DNA of 52,649 bases from a bacterium. Lineage in GTDB: Bacteria; Patescibacteriota; Saccharimonadia; Saccharimonadales; JACDBH01. The DNA is taken from positions 1-52,649 of the forward strand of contig JAKQIK010000045.1 in the NCBI GenBank assembly GCA_029557395.1, in the 5' to 3' direction. Each line of letters opens with the position of its first letter. Positions within the stretch are counted from its first letter, which is position 1. Below are positions 33,655 to 42,071 of the stretch, one piece after another. A program made the position numbers and the translations under genes. The notes under the pieces were generated by a model that was not told where the DNA came from, did not search any database, and saw nothing but the letters and a program-made list of their open reading frames with translations.

Positions 33655-35634
33655 TTACCCCACCGCGAGCCGAGCACCAAACCCATACCCGGCAACCGAG
33701 CCGTCCAGGCCCGGCTCACCACCGCCGTCCACGTAGGAGCCCGGCACACCCTGCCACCCGTCGACCGCTTGCGGCTCTAAATCAAAGTGTCTAATGTAGG
33801 TTTTATCGAAAGCACTACTGTCGTTGAGTTTATCCCCCCCGGCACGCAAGGTGTACCAGTAAGTTACTGCATCAAGCAGGCTCGGTACTCTCGCTGATAG
33901 GTTTGGTCGCTGAGCTTGACGTTCACGCAGCAAGCGTACTTGTGTTTCTACAGGCTTATTACTGATCTCACCGTCATAACGGCTTGGTATAAGGCTCAAT
34001 CGCACCGCTGATCCACCGCTGTTACCTGACCACTCTTGGTCACTATAGCGACCGCGGCGATACATTTCATCGTACACAAATGTTGCGTATGGCTGATCTT
34101 TGCCAAAGTTTTCAGCTAGCGCAACTATCTGGGCTTCACTAGCCTCAACGTTAGGCGTAGCCACCAGGTTAAAACGAGCACCGTTTTCAATCAGCTGCTC
34201 AACCAAGTAATCGTAAACCCCGTTCTCCTGCCACTCTTTATCACGCATTGCGAAAAGATGTTCAAGTTCGCTCGCGGAAATAGCTGCCTCACCCCTACGA
34301 AACAGCCTTTGCTTACCACTCAACTGATCTACTACCGTCCTGTATGCCACGTATGCACTCTGTACCTGTTCTCGAATAGCTTCAGGCAACACGCGGGCTA
34401 GCTCAGGTTTATCGCGATCACCACGCATTTGACGAATTTCATTAACACGCGGATCACGTTCGTAGCCAAAACCTTGAATTTCGCGGTCCAGCTCGTACAG
34501 GAAGCGTAGTTCCTCCGCACTTAGGTCCGCGTCAGGATTAGCTGTAATTCTTTTTTCAATCGCAGTTAAACGCTTCATATCCTCTGCTTTGCGAATATAC
34601 TCTGCGCCACCAGGCAAGTCTTTAAGCTGTTCAGCCGTAATATCTGCCATTTCTGGTTCAAGTTCCTGCGCAGCATTTACGCCACGAACCTCGGCAACCT
34701 CGCCCTGCTCCATTCGTATAGCCACCCGTGGAACGGTGTCTTTGCCGTCTTCATCGCGTGTGTAGTACACAAAAAAGTCGCCACCCCTCAACTGCATAGT
34801 TGCTGTGCTTTCACCAGCCGTACACCAACCCGTTCCGTGTCCTTGTAGTGAACCGGAAAGTCTACGGGCTGTACGTGGGTCGTCAGTCTGATTGAACTTA
34901 GTCCACGAACCTCTTGTGTCTTTTCTTAACTCTGGACTATCAGGAGTAACTTCCAATACAGCGTGAGCATAGAGTTTACCGAAATTACCACTTTTAAGGA
35001 GCTTTTGAAGTTCGGCATCGTTAGCCCCGCCATTGACCTGCTCACCCTGTATCCGTGATTTATTTAGCACATCATAAACGTAAGCTAACGCTTCACGGTT
35101 CAGTTCAGGGTAAGGCGCTGTCGTGCCACGACTACGCTTCTGAAACTCGTTTTTTTCTTTATCGAATGTCCCGAGCTTAGTAACTGATGCCCAAGTGTAA
35201 CTCTTAAACCAATCAGGGTATCCACCGTCGTCACCGCCGAGATATTCAACCCATTTACCAAGTCCAGCACGTTGATCAGCCTGTACCGCCTCAACCATTT
35301 GATGACGCATTTCAGAGGTTATTTGAATATCGCCGTGACCCTGTTCGCGAGCTATTCGGCGTTGCAATTCAAAATAACCTTCGGGTACATCCTCAGCATT
35401 AATGACGTGAGCATCTATCTGACGGTCTATGCTAGCCTGGTCGCCAGTTAAAATGCCGTCATTTACGTACTCACGGTTAGCCAAAAATCCCAGATGAGCC
35501 GAGATTTTATCAACAGGCTCATTAGGAATAGACTCGCCACCCTGACGTAAATAGCCCACTACCGCCTCAACTTCATCAGATGTGTGCATCTGTGGGTTAC
35601 GATCGTGTAGAAATGAGCTTCCTGGACTTTGCAT
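33655..35634 (-). CDS. DGR target (variable) protein, 659 aa, VR at the extreme C-terminus
   Basis: Long ORF whose last 36 codons before Gly-stop are the VR. No N-terminal signal peptide or TM segment is evident. The N-terminal ~620 aa match no family I recognise. Confidence 0.85.
   Translation of the reverse strand: MQSPGSSFLHDRNPQMHTSDEVEAVVGYLRQGGESIPNEPVDKISAHLGFLANREYVNDGILTGDQASIDRQIDAHVINAEDVPEGYFELQRRIAREQGHGDIQITSEMRHQMVEAVQADQRAGLGKWVEYLGGDDGGYPDWFKSYTWASVTKLGTFDKEKNEFQKRSRGTTAPYPELNREALAYVYDVLNKSRIQGEQVNGGANDAELQKLLKSGNFGKLYAHAVLEVTPDSPELRKDTRGSWTKFNQTDDPRTARRLSGSLQGHGTGWCTAGESTATMQLRGGDFFVYYTRDEDGKDTVPRVAIRMEQGEVAEVRGVNAAQELEPEMADITAEQLKDLPGGAEYIRKAEDMKRLTAIEKRITANPDADLSAEELRFLYELDREIQGFGYERDPRVNEIRQMRGDRDKPELARVLPEAIREQVQSAYVAYRTVVDQLSGKQRLFRRGEAAISASELEHLFAMRDKEWQENGVYDYLVEQLIENGARFNLVATPNVEASEAQIVALAENFGKDQPYATFVYDEMYRRGRYSDQEWSGNSGGSAVRLSLIPSRYDGEISNKPVETQVRLLRERQAQRPNLSARVPSLLDAVTYWYTLRAGGDKLNDSSAFDKTYIRHFDLEPQAVDGWQGVPGSYVDGGGEPGLDGSVAGYGFGARLAVG
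33661..33767 (-). repeat. DGR variable repeat (VR)
   Basis: Encodes VDGWQGVPGSYVDGGGEPGLDGSVAGYGFGARLAV. Its 3' end (sense GCTCGGCTCGCGGTG) is identical to TR and adenine-free, after which the flanks diverge (IMH-like). Confidence 0.93.
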
Positions 35635-35687
35635 AGTAATTTCTTATTGTAGCGTTAGGTTTTTATTTTTGTTATCTAACTAGCTAC

Positions 35688-35716
35688 ATACTATCATATT
35701 TTAAGGTGCGTGTCAA
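35688..35716 (-). promoter_or_regulatory. sigma70-like promoter for the DGR target gene
   Basis: Minus strand TTGACA (35716-35711), 17-nt spacer, TAGTAT (35693-35688) with an upstream TG. Located ~55 nt before ATG 35634. Confidence 0.45.
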
Positions 35717-35783
35717 TCTCTCGCTCTCTGTTGGGCAAGCTGATAATCTAAACTTATGAAAAATGCTTTATTGTAAGCGTCGA

Positions 35784-36347
35784 CTACTGGAGGTTTACCT
35801 TTACACCACCTGAGAAGGAACTATCGTGTAGTTCAGCAGTGGTAATCTTTGCACCAGCAGGTACATCAAACAAAATGTCACCTTTTACGCTGTTACCTGG
35901 ATTTATTTGGTCAAACCAAGTACTACCCGAATTGCCTGATGATGCATAGATGGTAGCTGTATCATCGGCAGCAAACTGTTGACCCTCAGCGTTTAATAGC
36001 TTTTGATCGCTTGATAAGAGGCTTTGAGCCTCATCACCTATGTTCTTAATGCTAAGGCTAAGACGACAAAACTCACCCTGTGCTTTTTCGTTTAAGTACT
36101 GGTCTCCTACTGATTTCTCACCACATTTAATGCTGGCTACAGTAAATTCAAACTTGCCATCACGTGCCGGTTCGCCAATTTTAGCCGTTGTTGCTTTTTC
36201 TTCGGTCTTCTCAGACGCATTATTATTTCCACTGTTGCTCTGGTTTGAGGTGGTGCTAGAACCGCCACCCGCTGCACCTATAATGCCCCCAACTACTAAC
36301 AACGCTAGAATTGCTGTTATTATCTTGTGTTTTTTGAACCAATTCAC
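35784..36347 (-). CDS. DUF4352-like membrane-anchored extracellular Ig-like protein
   Basis: N-terminal TM, Ser/Asn/Gly-rich linker, then KIGEPARDGKFEFTV...FCRLSLSIKNIGDEAQ, which is typical of DUF4352. Confidence 0.65.
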   Translation of the reverse strand: MNWFKKHKIITAILALLVVGGIIGAAGGGSSTTSNQSNSGNNNASEKTEEKATTAKIGEPARDGKFEFTVASIKCGEKSVGDQYLNEKAQGEFCRLSLSIKNIGDEAQSLLSSDQKLLNAEGQQFAADDTATIYASSGNSGSTWFDQINPGNSVKGDILFDVPAGAKITTAELHDSSFSGGVKVNLQ

Positions 36348-36455
36348 TTATAAACTCCTTGTTTAAGTTATCTCTATAAAAATTTATCATATATTATCAA
36401 CAAAATAAACAGTTAGTTTATGTAACTATCTGTTTATTATTTCTACGCTTAGTGT

Positions 36456-36683
36456 ATGACAGGTACACGTGATCAAAAGTTAATGAAAGCATTTGGTAGA
36501 AGGGTTGCTGAGGTTCGCAAGAGCCGTGGAGTTACGCAACAAGAACTTGCAGAACGTATCAATATGAGCGTAGTTGCAATAGCCTATATAGAGACCGGTA
36601 AACGATGGGCGCGGCTTAGTACACTTAGCAAAATTGCAAAAACACTAAAAGTGAACATAAGCGACCTTTTTCAGGGACTTTAA
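36456..36683 (+). CDS. XRE-family HTH transcriptional regulator
   Basis: 75 aa. RKSRGVTQQELAERINMSVVAIAYIETGKR matches the Cro/C1-type HTH. Confidence 0.85.
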   Translation: MTGTRDQKLMKAFGRRVAEVRKSRGVTQQELAERINMSVVAIAYIETGKRWARLSTLSKIAKTLKVNISDLFQGL

Positions 36684-36919
36684 AAACTAATTTTATATGG
36701 ATTTTAAAAGTCATAGCGGGGGCTACCCCTGTTAATTCTCAGAAAAAAGACTCCGCTGTATCAATGCCGAATTTTTTCGGGAGCAAAATGACCAAGCATT
36801 TTTTTGCCTAGTGATATATTGCGCTAGCGTTACTTTATCGATGAGGCAACCAGTAGATGTACTAGTTTTTGATATAATTATAAGTAGGTACAAAGATTAT
36901 ATGAAAATGAGGCTTAGCA

Positions 36920-38377
36920 GTGTCAAACGAGGGGAAAAATGAGAATGTAAATCAAGGTCAGACAAAATATGATCTTGATTTAGATGCCCCCACAGAAAAG
37001 AAAACTGAAGTAGAGCCTAAAACTGTTGAGCTAACTGTTGTTAAGCGAGCGCGTGAACAAGCAACAAAACAGCAAAAAGACGTCCAGGAAACTCTGAATG
37101 AACGCCTGAGAACTAGTGGAGCTTTTGCAGCCGTAGTTAAAGTTAATTCGGTTCAGGGTAGCCTTGCAAAAGCACTTGGCTTTCAAAGTAACATAAATCA
37201 GGTCTTTAAGAGTGTTGGCGCGGCATTTCAAGCTACGCAACCCGCTCTTCAACTCGCTCAACAAATGGCAGAGGCTCACAAGAGTATTACTAGGACAATG
37301 CAGCCGATGCTTGAAACAATGCGACGGCTTGGTGAGAAGATCCAAAAAATGTTCGAGGCACTGAGAAAATCTCTTCCCTCCTTCTCTAGCATCTTCAAAA
37401 AAATTGGGTCAGGGATTACCAGCCGTATCGCCCCATTAGTACAGACAGTTATCTCAAAGTTTGCCAATTTTAAACCGCCGCCAATCACCAACTTCCTAAA
37501 ACAATGCGTCGAGCAGATCAGCAAATTCACACGTACAGTTTTTGGTCATATTGACTTCGGCAAGATATTCCAGCCTCTTGCTGACTTTTTTAAGCTACTC
37601 TCAAAAAGCAACTTCTATCTAGTCGTAAAAGCGTCTGAAGGCGACTCCATAGCGTCATATCAATTAGCTAAGATGTGGTGGAAGCTTGGACGTGAATATT
37701 ATAGGCTTGAACGATTACAGGGTCGTGAGCCAACCGAGGATGAGTTCGAGCATATTATTCAAACTACTTGCCTAGAGATTTTAAGAGAAAATGAACACAA
37801 AAGTATGGGTTGGGGATTAAAAGCAGCTCAGACGGTCTTTTATAGTCTGGTGCATCACTTAATGGCACAGTACATCCTCATTAACGACAATAAAGCTGCA
37901 TCCGAATGGGTTGAATTTAACGTCTATATTGATGAGAAGAATAACAAAGAATATCTGTTCCTGGGTACTATTGCTCGGCAAGTTGGCATATCTGACCAGA
38001 CACTGCGAAACTGGATTAGGTCCGGTGAATTAGAAGTCATTAAAACTTCGTTCTACTCGAAACTACGCAGCTCAAAAGCAACTGCATTTCTTATTCCATA
38101 TCGAGAAGGAATAGTTACTGAATTGAATAAAATAAAAGCTGAGAAACAGATGGCACAACGCCATCAGAGAGATGATCTTTATACCGTATCTCAAGTTGCT
38201 AATGTTATAGGAGTTAGCACCAAAACACTTAAGCGATGGGATGCAAGAGGCATTTTAGTACCTAGGCGCATAAAAACAATCCGTTATTATACTACTGAGC
38301 AAGTAAAGACCATCCCTACCATCCTGGAACAAAATAATAGCCCGAGAACTATTGAACTGAGACAACGCTTCGCGTAG
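36920..38377 (+). CDS. 485-aa protein: coiled-coil N-terminal half and two MerR/excisionase-type HTH motifs in the C-terminal half
   Basis: GTG start with GAGG upstream. HTH-like segments TIARQVGISDQTLRNWIRSGEL and YTVSQVANVIGVSTKTLKRWDARGIL. Confidence 0.6.
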   Translation: MSNEGKNENVNQGQTKYDLDLDAPTEKKTEVEPKTVELTVVKRAREQATKQQKDVQETLNERLRTSGAFAAVVKVNSVQGSLAKALGFQSNINQVFKSVGAAFQATQPALQLAQQMAEAHKSITRTMQPMLETMRRLGEKIQKMFEALRKSLPSFSSIFKKIGSGITSRIAPLVQTVISKFANFKPPPITNFLKQCVEQISKFTRTVFGHIDFGKIFQPLADFFKLLSKSNFYLVVKASEGDSIASYQLAKMWWKLGREYYRLERLQGREPTEDEFEHIIQTTCLEILRENEHKSMGWGLKAAQTVFYSLVHHLMAQYILINDNKAASEWVEFNVYIDEKNNKEYLFLGTIARQVGISDQTLRNWIRSGELEVIKTSFYSKLRSSKATAFLIPYREGIVTELNKIKAEKQMAQRHQRDDLYTVSQVANVIGVSTKTLKRWDARGILVPRRIKTIRYYTTEQVKTIPTILEQNNSPRTIELRQRFA

Positions 38378-38398
38378 TTAACTTTTTTATTACCACAT

Positions 38399-38422
38399 AA
38401 GCCCGGAGCACCGGGCTTTTTA
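38399..38422 (+). terminator. rho-independent terminator
   Basis: AAGCCCGG-AGCA-CCGGGCTT hairpin followed by TTTTT, 21 nt after the stop of the 485-aa gene. Confidence 0.75.
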
Positions 38423-38495
38423 AGTTACCCCTGTTAATCCCAATGTCCTGGGCTTTTTTGGCTTATTACAAGTGAAAACACTATGGAGAAATTAA

Positions 38496-38738
38496 ATGAA
38501 CGATGACGATCAATACTTTGAGACAACAGACCTTGGGCTGAGTACCACCATTGTAACACTTGGCTTTCGCCTTCACTCCCTAGACAGAAGTAACCCAAGC
38601 AGGGTGAAGTTTGTCTTTCGCAGAGAAGACAAGCTAGAAGATATCGTAAGAGCCTACTGGCAGAAGGAATTATCCGTTGAACCACTCGGCTACTTTAACA
38701 ACGTCAAGTTAATGAAGAACAGGATTTATTCGAGGTAA
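38496..38738 (+). CDS. small hypothetical protein (DUF5659-like)
   Basis: 80-aa ORF just upstream of the P-loop gene, pattern FETTDLGLSTTIVTLGF...VKFVF. The family assignment is from memory only. Confidence 0.45.
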   Translation: MNDDDQYFETTDLGLSTTIVTLGFRLHSLDRSNPSRVKFVFRREDKLEDIVRAYWQKELSVEPLGYFNNVKLMKNRIYSR

Positions 38739-38743
38739 CGACT

Positions 38744-40120
38744 ATGACAATGAAGCAAAATGATAATGAAAATGAAGAACAACAAAAAACTGTAGAGACG
38801 GTTAACCTTGATAGCGCACCACGTATTCTAGCGGTCCCAACACCAGATAAAACCGTCTCGTTCAGTGAATGGCGAGGCGTTATAAATGACAACTTCCCCG
38901 ATCTGCTATTTGCTGCTGAAATTGGCTTGTCGATTATCGCACAGATACTCATAAAAGATGTTACAAATCCCTTTGCTCTGGTGCTAGTTGATGTCCCCTC
39001 GGCAGGTAAAACCATCACTATCAACTTTTTTTCGGAGATCGAGGGGCTTACCTACGCAACAGATAAATTTACGCCTGCGTCGTTTGTTTCAAATGCTGCC
39101 AATGTCAAAAAAGAAAAGCTAAGAGAAGTCGATTTACTGCCACGACTACAATACAAACTGTTCCTTATCAGAGACTTGGCGACACTATTTTCAAAGCGTG
39201 ACGACGACTTAAATGAGTGTCTAGGAATTTTAACTCGCGTGCTTGACGGCGAAGGCTTCAACACCGATAGCGGCATTCACGGACAGCGTCAATATGTTGG
39301 CGAGTATCTCTTTATGGTTCTGGCAGCTTCTACCCCCATTCCACCTCGGGTATGGAAAATGATGGGCAACCTTGGGTCAAGGCTGTTCTTCCTTAATATG
39401 AACTCCAAAGACAAGTCTGAGGACGAACTTGCCGAACAGCTTGGCTCTACAGCCTATAAGACCAAAGAAAAAGCCTGTAAAACCGTTACTAAACAGCTAC
39501 TTGAAACGCTCTGGTCTAAATACCCAGAGGGTCTGGATTGGGATAACACCCAGGATGAGCGCGATCTGAAGCTTATCATTGCGCGTTGCGCTCGTCTCCT
39601 AGCTTGTCTGCGAGGTGTTATTAACCTTTGGAAAGATCGGGGTGAAGATGGCACAGAGTACAGCTATACTACGCCAACCGTTGAAAAGCCGGACCGTATT
39701 AACCAACTTTTTTACAACCTATGCCGAGGACACGCTTTGGTTAACGGAAGAACACAGCTAACAAGAGATGATGTGCGCCTAGCAATCGAGCTAGCCATAG
39801 ATAGCGCTCCTACAGTCAGAACTCGCCTTTTCCGGGCATTACTCGAACTAGGCGGTGAAATCTGCACTACGGCAGTAGAGGCGATCCTTAACTGCTCTAA
39901 GCCGACTGCATTAAAAGAAATGGAGTCACTCAAAATACTTGGTCTTTGCACTATCAGCCAAGAGAGCCAAGGACGAGTTGGCGAACCTGAAAAGATTATG
40001 AAATTGGACAGTAGTTTTGATTGGTTTCTGAGTGATGAATGTAAGGCAATCCGCAACTCAGATGCTCCAACAACCAATAAAGAAAATCTGACGTTGTGGA
40101 AGGAGGAAGCTATGACCTGA
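38744..40120 (+). CDS. P-loop NTPase with C-terminal winged-helix-like region (possible replication/mobilisation initiator)
   Basis: Walker A VDVPSAGKT, Walker B-like KLFLIRD. The C-terminal segment TTAVEAILNCSKPTALKEMESLKILGL looks like a wHTH. Confidence 0.55.
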   Translation: MTMKQNDNENEEQQKTVETVNLDSAPRILAVPTPDKTVSFSEWRGVINDNFPDLLFAAEIGLSIIAQILIKDVTNPFALVLVDVPSAGKTITINFFSEIEGLTYATDKFTPASFVSNAANVKKEKLREVDLLPRLQYKLFLIRDLATLFSKRDDDLNECLGILTRVLDGEGFNTDSGIHGQRQYVGEYLFMVLAASTPIPPRVWKMMGNLGSRLFFLNMNSKDKSEDELAEQLGSTAYKTKEKACKTVTKQLLETLWSKYPEGLDWDNTQDERDLKLIIARCARLLACLRGVINLWKDRGEDGTEYSYTTPTVEKPDRINQLFYNLCRGHALVNGRTQLTRDDVRLAIELAIDSAPTVRTRLFRALLELGGEICTTAVEAILNCSKPTALKEMESLKILGLCTISQESQGRVGEPEKIMKLDSSFDWFLSDECKAIRNSDAPTTNKENLTLWKEEAMT

Positions 40121-40163
40121 TAAGCCAATCCCTAAACAAGCTATATAGATTAAATGAGGAGAA

Positions 40164-40373
40164 ATGATTATGGATACTAAATGTAAAGGAATAGATACTT
40201 ACGGTGATTTTTGTGAAGCACTACATAAAGCAGTTTTCGGTGACAAATGCGTATTCTGCCCAAAGAAACGTTATAGCAAGAAAACTGTCTGTAAAACGTG
40301 CTATGACAGCTGTCCGAATAAAAAGCCTGTCTACGACGAAGTTGCCGTTCGCGTCAAAATTCGGAGGAGTTAA
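40164..40373 (+). CDS. small Cys-rich (zinc-finger-like) protein
   Basis: 69 aa with CVFC...CKTC...C pattern. Confidence 0.45.
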   Translation: MIMDTKCKGIDTYGDFCEALHKAVFGDKCVFCPKKRYSKKTVCKTCYDSCPNKKPVYDEVAVRVKIRRS

Positions 40374-40376
40374 GTT

Positions 40377-40751
40377 ATGAGCCACGACGCAATAGATCAG
40401 GCTATAGATATCTTAGAAAAGAACAGCGAAGCTTCAGATAGAAACCAAGGTCAACGGCGCGGGAAATACTATGACGACGAGAAGGATCAGCCACAACACT
40501 TCTCTTGGGTTCATATAGACGTAGAAGCCCCTAACTGCTGTACGGATACTTCAAGCTGCATTATGTACGGTGATGCCGAGGAAATGCAGCAACAGTTCTT
40601 AGACTATGCACGTCATATGGTTACACCGGATCTGCTACAGATGATAAGGGATAGAAAACTTGTGCATATCACGCTTCGCATTGGACCGCGATCATTAAGT
40701 GGTGTTGACCTGAATGATGACTACGGGATCGAGGTGAAATATGAGCAATAA
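40377..40751 (+). CDS. hypothetical protein
   Basis: 124-aa ORF tightly spaced with its neighbours (starts 4 nt after the previous stop and overlaps the next gene by 11 nt). Confidence 0.45.
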   Translation: MSHDAIDQAIDILEKNSEASDRNQGQRRGKYYDDEKDQPQHFSWVHIDVEAPNCCTDTSSCIMYGDAEEMQQQFLDYARHMVTPDLLQMIRDRKLVHITLRIGPRSLSGVDLNDDYGIEVKYEQ

Positions 40752-41388
40752 CAAACCGAGTAAAAAGAACGGCAAGAAATTAGCTAAAGAGTTCACTCCC
40801 GATGAAGTTAAGCGGATGCTCAAAAATGTTGAAATTGAGATTGACCCCGCTGCCCTACTGAAAAAATCAGCTGATATGTGGAACGAGTACGAAGCAAGTA
40901 GTCCAGCTAAGAAAAAGGCATTGGTTGACGATCTTAACAAGAAGCTAGAGCAAGCTTCAGCTATAGTCACACTGGAAAACCACTACCTTTTAGCCGAGAC
41001 ACTTGATAGCAAAAAGTACAGAACCTTCTTAATCGAAGTTACCGATCAGCTCATAGCAGAATATGAATGTAAGACCACTTCAGAGAAGATGTTGGCGCAA
41101 ACAGCCGGTTGGGCGTATTGCCGGATGATCGAGTATGGTTACAAGCTCAATTCGATTACTAGAATAGACTTTCTAAGTAGCGAGAAGAATGGTTACTACT
41201 CTGTGCTGAGCAAGGAAGTAGACAGATGCGCCAGGCAGTACTTATCGGCTATTAATACCCTTAAGCACTTCAAGCAACCAGCATTAAAGGTGTCTTTTAA
41301 AGCTAACAATGCCTTCGTAGCCCAGAACCAACAAATCAACTCAAAGACTAAAGATAAGTCCGAGGCACAAAACAATGTCGGGCAATGA
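40741..41388 (+). CDS. hypothetical protein (basic N-terminus)
   Basis: 215-aa ORF that overlaps its neighbours at both ends in the manner of translational coupling. Confidence 0.5.
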   Translation: MSNNKPSKKNGKKLAKEFTPDEVKRMLKNVEIEIDPAALLKKSADMWNEYEASSPAKKKALVDDLNKKLEQASAIVTLENHYLLAETLDSKKYRTFLIEVTDQLIAEYECKTTSEKMLAQTAGWAYCRMIEYGYKLNSITRIDFLSSEKNGYYSVLSKEVDRCARQYLSAINTLKHFKQPALKVSFKANNAFVAQNQQINSKTKDKSEAQNNVGQ

Positions 41389-41710
41389 TTACGGAAACTC
41401 TCCAGCAAGTGACACCGTCAACTCAATTAGCGTTGATGAGGTTGTAAAGTCGCTTCGCACACAGTTTGAAGAAAGTCTTATCCAGGAGCCGGTTTACATC
41501 GGTGATATGCAAGTTAACTTAGTAACAACTTCTACTGGACACGGCGGACAACGGTACTGGTTTATTTGCCCCGCCTGTAAGACCCGTGTTGCAAAACTGT
41601 ACGTACAGGTGTCACTAATAGCCTGTAGGCATTGTCACGGTCTCAAGTATCGATCCAGCCGCTATAAGGGTATGGTCGAAGAACAAATTTTTAAGAAGGA
41701 GCAGTCGTAG
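41375..41710 (+). CDS. zinc-ribbon protein
   Basis: 111 aa, CPAC...CRHC four-Cys ribbon. Confidence 0.5.
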   Translation: MSGNDYGNSPASDTVNSISVDEVVKSLRTQFEESLIQEPVYIGDMQVNLVTTSTGHGGQRYWFICPACKTRVAKLYVQVSLIACRHCHGLKYRSSRYKGMVEEQIFKKEQS

Positions 41711-41713
41711 GTT

Positions 41714-41833
41714 ATGCCGCGCAAAGTTGTTAAACCAGTGATCAAGTACCAGCTTAGTCCAGATGCCCCTGCGGATGCAGTTGATGAGGTATTTGATTAC
41801 TTGCTTGATATGTTCTTTGCGCAACAAACATAA
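41714..41833 (+). CDS. possible 39-aa acidic small protein
   Basis: ATG 41714 lies 4 nt after the previous stop. Translation MPRKVVKPVIKYQLSPDAPADAVDEVFDYLLDMFFAQQT. Below the ORF-track size cut-off. Confidence 0.3.
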   Translation: MPRKVVKPVIKYQLSPDAPADAVDEVFDYLLDMFFAQQT

Positions 41834-41891
41834 CCGTAGTATTATTATTTATAATGGTTTATAATTATTTATAGTAACGAAAGGATCAACT

Positions 41892-42071
41892 ATGGAAAAG
41901 TATCTAACTGTTACAGAGGTTGCTGAGCGTTTACAGGTTCATTGGCAAAGCGTTCTTACCTATATAAAAAATGGCGAATTAGAGGCAGTAAAACTTGGTC
42001 GCGGATATCGAATAGGCGAGCAAGCTATTGGGGAGTTCATTAAAAAACGCACAACAAAAAGGAAAGATTAA
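41892..42071 (+). CDS. excisionase-family HTH DNA-binding protein (candidate recombination directionality factor)
   Basis: 59 aa: MEKYLTVTEVAERLQVHWQSVLTYIKNGELEAVKLGRGYRI matches the excisionase/MerR-superfamily HTH. Its stop is immediately followed by the integrase ATG (TAA ATG). Not in the ORF track because it is under 60 aa. Confidence 0.75.
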   Translation: MEKYLTVTEVAERLQVHWQSVLTYIKNGELEAVKLGRGYRIGEQAIGEFIKKRTTKRKD

